The position numbers were made by a program, and so were the translations under genes. This document shows, piece after piece, positions 29,417 through 38,087 of a DNA stretch of 64,000 nucleotides. The notes below the pieces were generated by a model. It saw only the letters and a program-made list of their open reading frames with translations. It was not told the DNA's origin and searched no databases. How positions within the stretch are numbered: the first letter of the stretch is position 1; the number at the start of each line of letters is the position of its first letter. This DNA is from an uncultured candidatus Brocadiaceae bacterium (GTDB taxonomy: Bacteria > Planctomycetota > Brocadiia > SM23-32): contig CAYQXJ010000014.1 in assembly GCA_964421565.1 (NCBI GenBank), positions 20,690 to 84,689 of the forward strand, given 5' to 3'.

Positions 29417-31224
29417 TCTGCCTCGGCAACCCCGGGCCCGAATACGCAGGCACCCGTCACAACGCGGGTTTCCTGTTCGCCGACTGGTTGCGTGAGCGAC
29501 AGGGCTTCGGCGACTACCGTCAGCTCGACGGAGCCGAGGCGCGGGTATCCGAAGGCAACATTGTGGGCCTGCCCGCCATGCTGGTGAAGCCCATGACCAG
29601 CATGAATGAGTCGGGACGGGTGATGGATGCCCTTGCGGAGCGGTACGATCCCGACGAGCACCTGTACGCCATCGCGCACGACGATCTGGACGTTGCCGTC
29701 GGCAGCGTGAAGGGCCGGGCCAAGGGCGGCCACGCAGGGCACAACGGTGTGCGCTCTATCCTGGAGGCTGCCGGGCGCAGAGACATCGTCCGCATCAAGC
29801 TTGGGGTCAACAGCACCGCCCGACGCGGCTATGACGGGCCAGTCGAGTTCCTGCTCAGCGACTTCGACGCCGGCGACCGCCAGGAGCTTGAGCAGGCTTT
29901 CCCCGACGCGGAACAGGTGCTGGTGGGGCAGGTGAAGTCCTTCCTCGCGAGCCTCGACAGGCGAGACGGGCGACGGCAGGCTGCCGAAGCGTACGAACGC
30001 GATGTCCTGGTGGGGGCGCGCGAGGCTCTGGTAGAGGTTCCGGCGGCGTCGCCGTGGCCCGTCCTGCTGGAAGGCAAGGACATGGCGCGAGTCTTCGACG
30101 TGGTCTCGGTGCTTGCCAAGCTGCTGCGCAAAGCGCGCGTGGCCGCTGCGGAGAACGACGTGTTCTACGCGCGGCTGGCCTCTTGCATCCCAGAACACCT
30201 GCGCGCCCTGCTGGCGGGGCGGCGAAGGACCCAGCGGGTGTTCTTTGCCGTGGATCTGCATGTCTCAGAGCAGGGCATCAAGGTCATCGAGCTGAACTGC
30301 GCCGTGGGCTACGGGCACTACGCAGCCGTGGCGGACGAAGCCCTCTGGGCGCTCGTGCAGGACGTGCCCGGCCCGCTGCGCCGGCCGAACGACGAGCAGT
30401 TCGCCCCCTTCCTCCTTGAGAACGGCCTCCTGCCGCTTCACGATCCGGCGGGCGGCTGCATCGCCTTCCTGCGCGGCTTCGGCGGGGAGGATATGTTTAA
30501 CGTGGACGAGTTGGGGGGCGTGGTGGCGCGCATCGCCAAATCCGGAGGTCCGTCAATGCCCCTCTGTGACGAGGGCGAACTGGAACTGCGGGATGATGGC
30601 CTGCATCTGCCTGATGGAGGGCGGATCGACTTGCTGTACGTCGAGGAGAACCTGGCCGAGTGGCCCGCTGATCCCGCCGACTCTGCGGTGCGGCGGGCTG
30701 TTGAGTGCGGGCTCGTCAGAACTTTCCCGCCGCTCGATATGTTCCTGTTCACAAGCAAGGCTTTCCTCGCCGCCCTGCTGGACCCGGACCTGCGGCGGTA
30801 CTTCGATCCCGACGATGAGGAGAGCAAGGTCCTGCGCGAGAACGTGCTCTGGTCCCAACGGCTTGATGCACACATCGAGCCGGCAGCTTACTACATGCTG
30901 GAGCAGGGGCTGCCCCTCGTCGTCAAGGATGCATTGGGAGGCGGTGGGCGCGGAGTGACCATCCTGCGCCCCGACTCCGCAGGCCAGCAGGCGGGGCACA
31001 TCCTGCGGCGCCGCATGCTGGAGGGAGGTAGCGTCGTGCAGGGCTACTTCGCGCCGGGGCGATGGCGAGAGGGCAGCGACCTGCGCTTCGACGTGCGCGT
31101 CCTCTGCGCAGCGCACGAGGGCGACATCCGCATCGGTCCCGTCTACGGCAGGACTTTCCGCAGCGACAAGCTGTCCTTGAATGAGCCCGATGCCGGCGTC
31201 GCGCCAGTGTACGTGCTGGACTGA
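29383..31224 (+). CDS. Fusion of peptidyl-tRNA hydrolase (N-terminal) and circularly permuted/GspS-type ATP-grasp ligase (C-terminal)
   Basis: Pth motifs: LGNPG..Y..TRHNAGF, KP.T.MN.SG, HDDLD, GHNG.RSI. ATP-grasp motifs: D......GIKVIELN, SKAFLA.L.D, LVVK...GGGGRGV, VVQ, DVR. One continuous frame; start set to ATG 29383. Confidence 0.85.
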   Translation: MSGGSEPRLILICLGNPGPEYAGTRHNAGFLFADWLRERQGFGDYRQLDGAEARVSEGNIVGLPAMLVKPMTSMNESGRVMDALAERYDPDEHLYAIAHDDLDVAVGSVKGRAKGGHAGHNGVRSILEAAGRRDIVRIKLGVNSTARRGYDGPVEFLLSDFDAGDRQELEQAFPDAEQVLVGQVKSFLASLDRRDGRRQAAEAYERDVLVGAREALVEVPAASPWPVLLEGKDMARVFDVVSVLAKLLRKARVAAAENDVFYARLASCIPEHLRALLAGRRRTQRVFFAVDLHVSEQGIKVIELNCAVGYGHYAAVADEALWALVQDVPGPLRRPNDEQFAPFLLENGLLPLHDPAGGCIAFLRGFGGEDMFNVDELGGVVARIAKSGGPSMPLCDEGELELRDDGLHLPDGGRIDLLYVEENLAEWPADPADSAVRRAVECGLVRTFPPLDMFLFTSKAFLAALLDPDLRRYFDPDDEESKVLRENVLWSQRLDAHIEPAAYYMLEQGLPLVVKDALGGGGRGVTILRPDSAGQQAGHILRRRMLEGGSVVQGYFAPGRWREGSDLRFDVRVLCAAHEGDIRIGPVYGRTFRSDKLSLNEPDAGVAPVYVLD

Positions 31225-31229
31225 GCTGC

Positions 31230-32618
31230 TCAGAGGGCCGCCGCGATCCGCCCGCGCAGCCGGCGCATGAGAGGCAGGTGTTCCGCCCGGGCGGCCAGGT
31301 TTGTGGTCTCGCCCGGGTCCACGTTCAGATCGTAGAGCTCGTGTTCCCCGAGGGGGCTGCAGGTAAAGCGCCAGCCCTGTGCCGTGACGAGCGTGCGCAC
31401 AGGGTCCGACCACGACTCGAGGATCTGTTCCTTCGTGGCATCCGGCAGCTCGACGTTGGGGCTGTAGCCGTTTGAGCCGTTCCACTCGATGACGATATCC
31501 TGGTCGAGTTCCGTGACAGTACCCTCCGCGGCTTGGCGCAGGCTCTTGCCTTCCAGCGCTTCGGGGACTGGCTGGCGCATCACGTCGAGCAGCGTGGGCA
31601 CGAGGTCGATCTGGCTGATCGGCCCGCTGACCCGGTGCCCTTCCCGTTGGCCAGGCACGCGCACCAGCAGAGGCACCCGCACCGACTCCTGGTACATGAC
31701 CGTCTTTGCTACCATGCCGTGACTGCCCATCATGTCGCCGTGGTCGCTGGTATAGACCACGACGGTATTGTCGGCGAGGCCGAGCTCCTCCAGCACGTCC
31801 ATGATGCGGCCGAAGTAAGTATCGACCTGGCTGCAGAGGCCCCAGTAGCGCGCTATGAGCCGGCGGAAATCTTGCTCGGACTGGAAGCGGTTGTGCCACT
31901 TGGCATGGCCGGCCCGCAGCCGTAGCGGCTGGTCCGCTCCGGGCACGGCTTCGAAGTTGTCCGGCAGGGGTATACTTTCGGGTTCGTACTGATCGTCGCG
32001 CGGCCCGGTGAACGGCATGTGCGGCTCCAGGAAATTGACGAACAGCACGAAAGGGTTGTCATGGTTCTTGCGCAGGAAGCGGGTGGCTTCCCGGGCGAGG
32101 TAGGCCGGCTTGCTGTATTCTTCGGGCAGTTTTGCCGCCTGGCTACGGTTGAAGAAGTCGCCCTCGGGCGCCTCCAATCCCTGCTCGCGGAGCCAGCGCT
32201 GATAGTGCGACAGCTCGTCGCGCGGCTTGCCCGGACGGTAGTACGGGCGATACATGTCCTCTATGGCACGCCATTCCGAAAACCCGTGCTGCGGGAATAT
32301 CTCGTCCCCCAGGTGCCACTTGCCGTGATGGGCGCACGTGTAGTTGCCCTCGGTCAGCATCTCCGGCAGGCACGGGGTGTCCGGTGAGAGCGGGACGTTG
32401 TTCGCTATGCAGCCGTTCGTGTGCGGATAGAGGCCGGTAAGCAGTGACGAGCGGGACGGCGTGCAGACCGGCTGAGTAACGTAGGCTTCCTCGAACACCG
32501 TGGCAGTCTCCGCGAAGCGGTTCAGGTTAGGCATCTCGATGTGTGTATTGCCGTAGGCTGCCATGGTGTCGTAGCGTTGCTCGTCGGTGTAGATGAACAG
32601 CAGGTTGGGTGCGGGCAT
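31230..32618 (-). CDS. Sulfatase (Cys/FGly type)
   Basis: PNLLFIYTDEQR, CTPSRSSLLTG, GKWHLG, SDHG, ELYDL..DP.E; no signal peptide. Confidence 0.93.
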   Translation of the reverse strand: MPAPNLLFIYTDEQRYDTMAAYGNTHIEMPNLNRFAETATVFEEAYVTQPVCTPSRSSLLTGLYPHTNGCIANNVPLSPDTPCLPEMLTEGNYTCAHHGKWHLGDEIFPQHGFSEWRAIEDMYRPYYRPGKPRDELSHYQRWLREQGLEAPEGDFFNRSQAAKLPEEYSKPAYLAREATRFLRKNHDNPFVLFVNFLEPHMPFTGPRDDQYEPESIPLPDNFEAVPGADQPLRLRAGHAKWHNRFQSEQDFRRLIARYWGLCSQVDTYFGRIMDVLEELGLADNTVVVYTSDHGDMMGSHGMVAKTVMYQESVRVPLLVRVPGQREGHRVSGPISQIDLVPTLLDVMRQPVPEALEGKSLRQAAEGTVTELDQDIVIEWNGSNGYSPNVELPDATKEQILESWSDPVRTLVTAQGWRFTCSPLGEHELYDLNVDPGETTNLAARAEHLPLMRRLRGRIAAAL

Positions 32619-32679
32619 GGGGTCCCTTCTTCCTCATTGTCTGAGTAGCGCCTCGCACGCGGCGCGTTGTGCGAGAGAG

Positions 32680-34032
32680 CTATCGGCGCGCGCCGGTGCC
32701 AGCTGACGCGACGGCAGCCAGCCACGTGGCGGCGGGCGAGTTCAACTTCAGGTGATGCTGCACGATTCGTTCTGTAAGTTCGGCCACCACTTGTCTGCAG
32801 GCAGGGTCCTCAAAGCGGTTGTGCACCTGGGCCGGGTCTTTGCGACGATCGAAGAGGACCGGCTCAGAGCGGTGGACGTACGCCAGCTCCCAATCCCTGG
32901 CGAATATGCCGGCGGCCAGATGGCTGCTGTGGTGTATGAAGACATCGTCTCTCCATTCGACATCCTGCCCGCTCAGCAGGGCAGAGGCGTCCCGCCCCTG
33001 CTCCCTGCCGCAGGGCTCGATACCCATCAGGCCAAGGATGGTGGGCTGAAAGTCCACCGTGCTCAGGAGTGAAGTGAACACGGCGCCCGCCGGCACCTGC
33101 CCTGGCCAGCGAACAAGCATTGGAAGTCGATACACCGACTCGTAGAGCATGTTCTTATTGACCAAGCCGTGCTCCCCCATGTAGTCACCGTGGTCGCTGG
33201 TGAACACGACGATGGTCTTGTCCAGAATCCCCCGCTGCTGCAAACAGTCCAGAATGTGGCCCAGGTTGTCATCAATGCACCGCACCTCGCCGCAGAACAA
33301 CGCCATGCGCCGGCGCAACTGGTCTTCGTCGCCCTGCCAGAGGGTGCCGCCCAGGGTGCCACTGCGCACCCAATCGGGCAGGGCCTCCTGGCGAACGGTG
33401 GCCGGCAGTTCCATGTCCTCGGCGCGGAACATGCTGTGATAGGGCTCGCGGATATCCGCCGGGTCGTGCGGATCGGGGATGCTGAGCATGTGAAAGAACG
33501 GTTCTTCCGCGCCCTCGAGGATCTCCAGTGTCTTGGCGGTCAGGTAATCTGTAGTGTAGGACTCCTCGTTTCCGATCACGCCATAGGGATAGACCATGGG
33601 CTGGGTCTCGGCCATCGGCATATCCTCCATGCGTTGCCAGTGGCCTCGGTTGAACATGAAGCGGTTGTCCTGGAAGCCCATCCCGCGTTCGGGGTGAACC
33701 CAGCCGGGGCGCGGCGCGCCGTCCAAATGCCACTTGCCGACGTAACCTGTGGAATAGCCGGCATCACGCAGCACGTGGGCGAGCGTGACCTCGTCGGAGT
33801 TCAGCGGGTGGTTGTTGGCGTAGGCCCCATGGCAGTGAGGGTAGCGACCGGTCAGGAAGCATCCGCGCGAAGGAGTGCAGACTGCGCTGTTGGTGAAGAA
33901 GTTGGTCAGCAACGCGCCCTCGCCGGCCAGCCTGTCTATGTTCGGCGTCTCAACGGGCGAACGACCGTAGGCGCTGACCATCCACCACGGCTGCTGGTCG
34001 GTGTGAACGATAAGCAAGTTCGGACGCGGCAT
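32680..34032 (-). CDS. Sulfatase (Cys/FGly type)
   Basis: PNLLIVHTDQQ, CTPSRGCFLTG, GKWHL, SDHG; start set to MPRPN. Confidence 0.93.
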   Translation of the reverse strand: MPRPNLLIVHTDQQPWWMVSAYGRSPVETPNIDRLAGEGALLTNFFTNSAVCTPSRGCFLTGRYPHCHGAYANNHPLNSDEVTLAHVLRDAGYSTGYVGKWHLDGAPRPGWVHPERGMGFQDNRFMFNRGHWQRMEDMPMAETQPMVYPYGVIGNEESYTTDYLTAKTLEILEGAEEPFFHMLSIPDPHDPADIREPYHSMFRAEDMELPATVRQEALPDWVRSGTLGGTLWQGDEDQLRRRMALFCGEVRCIDDNLGHILDCLQQRGILDKTIVVFTSDHGDYMGEHGLVNKNMLYESVYRLPMLVRWPGQVPAGAVFTSLLSTVDFQPTILGLMGIEPCGREQGRDASALLSGQDVEWRDDVFIHHSSHLAAGIFARDWELAYVHRSEPVLFDRRKDPAQVHNRFEDPACRQVVAELTERIVQHHLKLNSPAATWLAAVASAGTGARR

Positions 34033-34043
34033 GAGGGCTCCGT

Positions 34044-35468
34044 CTAACGGGTTGCTGAGTCTTCTTGCTGGATGGAGAGCGGTCCGATCGGCGCCGTGCG
34101 CAGCGTGGCGTATTGCGTGTTGAAGAGCGAGACGTCCCCGATCTCTTTCATCTTGCGCCACATGCGCATGCACATCTCCTCCAGCACGCCCCGATGCTCG
34201 GGGTCGTCGGCCAGGTTCTGCACTTCATGCGGGTCGTCGGCGAGGTTGTAGAGTTCGTCCATGCCGCCGGGGGTGAAGATGTACTTCCAATCGGCGTGCC
34301 ATGTAATGCGCTGGGTGTAGACGAAGCGTTGGCCGAAGAACTCCGCGTAGGCGTCCTGCCAGTCGGCAGGGTCGGCCGTGCCGTCGAGCACTCCTCGCAG
34401 AGAGCGGCCCTGCGCCGTATGCATCGGCTCGGCGCCGCAGAGGTCGAGGACGGTCGGCGCCACGCAGGTCATATCCATGCGATGCGCGCCGTCCTCGCCC
34501 GTCCTCATGCCGGGCATGCCGATCACGAGGGGCACGTTGTAGACCTCCTCGTAGCCGGTGCCCACCCCCTTGGTCACCAGGCCGTGCGCGCCGAGCATGT
34601 CGCCGTGATCGCTGGTGACGATGACGAGGGTATTCTCGTAGACTCCGGCTTCTTTCAGCGCGTCCACCACTCGCCCGACCTCGGCGTCGAGCCATGTGAC
34701 CACCGCCCAGTAGGCGGCGCGCACTGTGCGCCAATCGTCGTCGGTGAGGTCCCGCCAAACACCCCGCATCCGCTGCAGCACCTCGGGTTTGTCGCCGTAG
34801 CCGTATTCTTCGTGGAGCGTGGGGGGCAGCTCGATGGCGCTGACGTCGTACATATCCCAGAACTTCTTGAACGGCACATAGGCGTCATGCGGCTCGTTAC
34901 TGGAGATGAAGCAGCAGAACGGCTCCTGCCCGTCGGCATGCCGGCGGATGAAGTCGATGCCCTTCTCGTAGGCGGGGTGGCGAGGGTCCTCGACGTCCCG
35001 GCCCACGGCGCAGAGCCGGTACGGTCGGTATCCCCGATTCTCGACCACGACGCCGGTCCCCTCAATCTGCGCGGGCTGCACGCCGCCGCAGGAGATGTCC
35101 CACTCGTGCCAGCCGAATGGTGTGAGGTCCTTTGTCTGCTCGACATGCCACTTGCCGAAGTAGCCCATGGCGTAGCCGGCATCGGCGAGCGGCCGGGAGA
35201 AGTAAGTGAGCCGTTCGTCTACGTTCACCCATTCGCTGCGCTGAGTGTGCGTGCAGTCCCACATGCCGTGCGTCGAGGCGTAGGTGCCCGTCATCAGCGA
35301 GGCGCGGGCCGGCGAGCAGATGGCGTTCGTGGTGTAGAAGTGCGCGAAGCGCAGACCCTCCTGCGCGAGCGCGTCCACGTTTGGCGTCAGGCATTGACTG
35401 CCCGGCGCGAGGGCCTCGGCGTTCGTGTGGTCGGACATCAGGATGACAACGTTGGGTCGAGACGGCAT
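34044..35468 (-). CDS. Sulfatase (Cys/FGly type)
   Basis: PNVVILMSDH, CSPARASLMTG, GKWHV, SDHG, ELYNLADDP.E. Confidence 0.93.
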   Translation of the reverse strand: MPSRPNVVILMSDHTNAEALAPGSQCLTPNVDALAQEGLRFAHFYTTNAICSPARASLMTGTYASTHGMWDCTHTQRSEWVNVDERLTYFSRPLADAGYAMGYFGKWHVEQTKDLTPFGWHEWDISCGGVQPAQIEGTGVVVENRGYRPYRLCAVGRDVEDPRHPAYEKGIDFIRRHADGQEPFCCFISSNEPHDAYVPFKKFWDMYDVSAIELPPTLHEEYGYGDKPEVLQRMRGVWRDLTDDDWRTVRAAYWAVVTWLDAEVGRVVDALKEAGVYENTLVIVTSDHGDMLGAHGLVTKGVGTGYEEVYNVPLVIGMPGMRTGEDGAHRMDMTCVAPTVLDLCGAEPMHTAQGRSLRGVLDGTADPADWQDAYAEFFGQRFVYTQRITWHADWKYIFTPGGMDELYNLADDPHEVQNLADDPEHRGVLEEMCMRMWRKMKEIGDVSLFNTQYATLRTAPIGPLSIQQEDSATR

Positions 35469-35483
35469 GTGTGAGTCTCCATC

Positions 35484-35804
35484 TTATGTGTTTCTCGGTT
35501 GCGTCAGTCCGGCGCGCCAGCGGTTGAGTCTGCCCATCAAGTCGCGGACGATCGGCCGAAGCCCAGCGTCCCCGACGCGCTTGTCCAGCTCGTACGGATC
35601 GCTCTGGGTATCGTACAGAGTGAGCGCCCGGCTGCAAGGGGAGTCGGCGACGAGCTTATAGCGGCCGTGCACGATGCAGCGCTCCTTGTGCTGAATGAAT
35701 ACGGCCCTCTCCGTCACAGCGCTACGGGGCCGCCGTAGCAGGCGGCCCCGTAGCGCGCTGAGCTGATCGGGGAACACGAACAGCACGTTGGGGCGCGTGG
35801 GCAT
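35484..35804 (-). pseudogene. Internally deleted sulfatase remnant
   Basis: The sulfatase N-terminus MPTRPNVLFVFPDQL joins almost directly to the sulfatase C-terminus (RCIVHGRYKL..LYDTQSDPYEL); the CxPxR, GKWH and SDHG core is missing. Confidence 0.8.
35719..35756. repeat. Perfect 16-bp inverted repeat at the pseudogene junction
   Basis: GCGCTACGGGGCCGCC-gtagca-GGCGGCCCCGTAGCGC. Confidence 0.9.
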
Positions 35805-35807
35805 CGC

Positions 35808-36707
35808 TCAGTCCCTACCGTGCAGCGAGTCGAGGTCGAGGGCGTAGCGGTCGTTCAGGGCTGCAAGATCGAGCCGGTTCGACAGGTCATCGGCGAGAGC
35901 CACGTTTGTCCGTACCTGGTCGCAGTTCGTCATGCCTATCAACGCGCAGTCGATCTCGGCCGTGGAGAGGACGAACCGAATGGCGAATGCGGTAAGGGCG
36001 CGTGTGTCGGCCTGGGGAAACTCCAGCGCCATCGTCCGTTGCAGGAAGCCGCTGGTGGCCGTGCGCATGGAAAGGATGCCGAGCCCGAGCTCGCGCGCCA
36101 GGGGCACAACACCCCTCGGGCCACGCTGGTAGTCACAGTGCGACTGGTAGATGAACGAGTAGGCGATCTGAAGCGTGTCGAAGATGCCCGTGCGGAGCAG
36201 GCTTTCGAGCGGGCCGGAGTCAGTCTCCGCCGTAATGCCCAGGTAGCGGGTGCGTCCGCGCGTCCTTTCGCGTTGCGCCCACTCGAGCACCGGGCCGCCG
36301 ATGAGCGCGTCGGCGGCGCACTGTCGGAACCAATCGCCGTGAAGCTGGAGCAGGTCTACGTGGTCGGTCCGCAGCAGGCGCAGGCTGCGGTCGAGGGTGG
36401 CCTCCAGTCGGGCTATGTCGCCGCAGCGCCACTGGTGGAACTTGGTGGCGATGACGCACTCATCGCGCCTATCGCCGAGGACGGAGCCCATCAGTTCCTC
36501 CGATCGGCCGTCGCCGTAGGCCGCTGCCGTGTCAAAGAATGTGACCCCGCTGTCGAGTGCGAGTCGAAGGGCATCCTGGGCCTGCCGGACGAACCCTTCC
36601 GATGCCTTATCCTGGCCACCGAGGTAGCCCTGTAGCCCGAGCGGCGCGCCGCCGAAACCGATGCGCGAGACTTGAAGGTCGCTGTTACCGAGTTGTCGCG
36701 TTTCCAT
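35808..36707 (-). CDS. Aldo/keto reductase
   Basis: METRQLG, FDTAAAYGDGRSE, IATK, SLRLLRTDHVDLLQLH. Confidence 0.92.
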   Translation of the reverse strand: METRQLGNSDLQVSRIGFGGAPLGLQGYLGGQDKASEGFVRQAQDALRLALDSGVTFFDTAAAYGDGRSEELMGSVLGDRRDECVIATKFHQWRCGDIARLEATLDRSLRLLRTDHVDLLQLHGDWFRQCAADALIGGPVLEWAQRERTRGRTRYLGITAETDSGPLESLLRTGIFDTLQIAYSFIYQSHCDYQRGPRGVVPLARELGLGILSMRTATSGFLQRTMALEFPQADTRALTAFAIRFVLSTAEIDCALIGMTNCDQVRTNVALADDLSNRLDLAALNDRYALDLDSLHGRD

Positions 36708-38043
36708 CGTTGCCCTGTTCACGTTTGCCGTATTGGTGCGGCTCGTCGGTGAGGGGGGTGACCGGGCAGTGCTCGTATGCGCCGATCTCAACCGTGTAGC
36801 CGCACGGACGGGGGTTGCCTTCGAAGTCCGTCTGCGGCGCGCGTTCGGCCGTGCCGGCGTCAATGGCCGGGCTGCCCTCCTGCAGGCGGAACTCGCCGCT
36901 GCCGCTGTCCACGAACATCGGGTCGCCGAGAACGAATGCCTCGCCTCGCGTCTGCGTGTCGCCGTGGATGAGGTTGTGGTCGATCACGGCGAGTGCGGCC
37001 TTCTTGCGCACGACGATCTGGCCGAGGGTGTTCTGGCTCAGGATGTTGTTGCGGACGACGACTCCGTGTGCCTGTTCGTTCTCGAACCACATGCCGGCTC
37101 CCCAGCGCTCCGTGCCGTTGTTCCACGCGGTGTTGTTGATGTAGGCCACGTCGCGGATGGGGTGCGAGGCGCCGCGTCCCCAGTCGGCCACCACCATCGC
37201 CGGGCCCCTGTTGTTGTAGATGACGTTATTGTATGCCCTCACGTTGTGCAGCAGCCCGCCGGTCTCCGCGCACATGGCGATGCCGAAGCCGCAGTCGTGC
37301 ACCACGTTGCCGACGAACTCGATATTGAAGGTCTCCACGTTCCACGCGTCGGCGTAGAGCCCCTGGCGTTCCACGTGATGGATGTGGTTGTGCGCGACCA
37401 GCACGTTGCGCGCGCCCTCTTTGATGTCGATCCCTTCCTTGCGGGAATGATGGATGTGGTTGTTGGTGACACGTATCCGGTCGGAGCGTATCTTCACCGT
37501 GATGCACTCTTCCGCGCCGGACAGGCAAGCCTGTTCGATCTCGTTGCCGTTCACCGTGCAGTCCGTGCATTCGATGAGTTTGACGCCAGAGGACGCGGTA
37601 TTGCGGGTGTGGCAGTTCTCGACCACCACGTGGCGCGAGCGCTGCAAGAAGATGCCCGACTGCCCCCGTGTGTGCGCATTGATCACGGTAAGGCCGCGCA
37701 GGCGGATGTGTTCCTGTTCGATGATATTGAACACGCCCCCCGCCCGCCGGCTGCTGCCGGAACCGTCGACTGTCGGCGTGGCGCCGTCCGCTGCTGCGAA
37801 CGTGATCGGGTTGCCCGGCCGGCCCGAGACATTGACGTTCACCTGCTCGGGGTAGATACCGTCGGCCAGGATGACCGTGCTGCCCGGCCCTACTGTATCA
37901 GCGGCCTTCTGCACGGTGCCCCAGGGATGCTCGCTCGTGCCCGGGTCGCCATCGCTCCCATGCGGCGAGACGTAGTACGTGCGGGGGCTCTGCGCGCCCA
38001 TGATCGCAACGAACAGCACGAAGATGATCAGCAGGTTGGTCAT
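36685..38043 (-). CDS. Secreted right-handed parallel beta-helix protein (DUF1565/pectin-lyase-like)
   Basis: Signal peptide; YYVSP.GSD...GT...PW.TVQKAA; repeated N.I..N rungs; C-terminal GSPAIDAG...IGAYE. Confidence 0.85.
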   Translation of the reverse strand: MTNLLIIFVLFVAIMGAQSPRTYYVSPHGSDGDPGTSEHPWGTVQKAADTVGPGSTVILADGIYPEQVNVNVSGRPGNPITFAAADGATPTVDGSGSSRRAGGVFNIIEQEHIRLRGLTVINAHTRGQSGIFLQRSRHVVVENCHTRNTASSGVKLIECTDCTVNGNEIEQACLSGAEECITVKIRSDRIRVTNNHIHHSRKEGIDIKEGARNVLVAHNHIHHVERQGLYADAWNVETFNIEFVGNVVHDCGFGIAMCAETGGLLHNVRAYNNVIYNNRGPAMVVADWGRGASHPIRDVAYINNTAWNNGTERWGAGMWFENEQAHGVVVRNNILSQNTLGQIVVRKKAALAVIDHNLIHGDTQTRGEAFVLGDPMFVDSGSGEFRLQEGSPAIDAGTAERAPQTDFEGNPRPCGYTVEIGAYEHCPVTPLTDEPHQYGKREQGNDGNATTR

Positions 38044-38087
38044 TTCGTTCGCCCTTTCCGGGGGCAGTGTGCCGGGTGCCCATCAAT

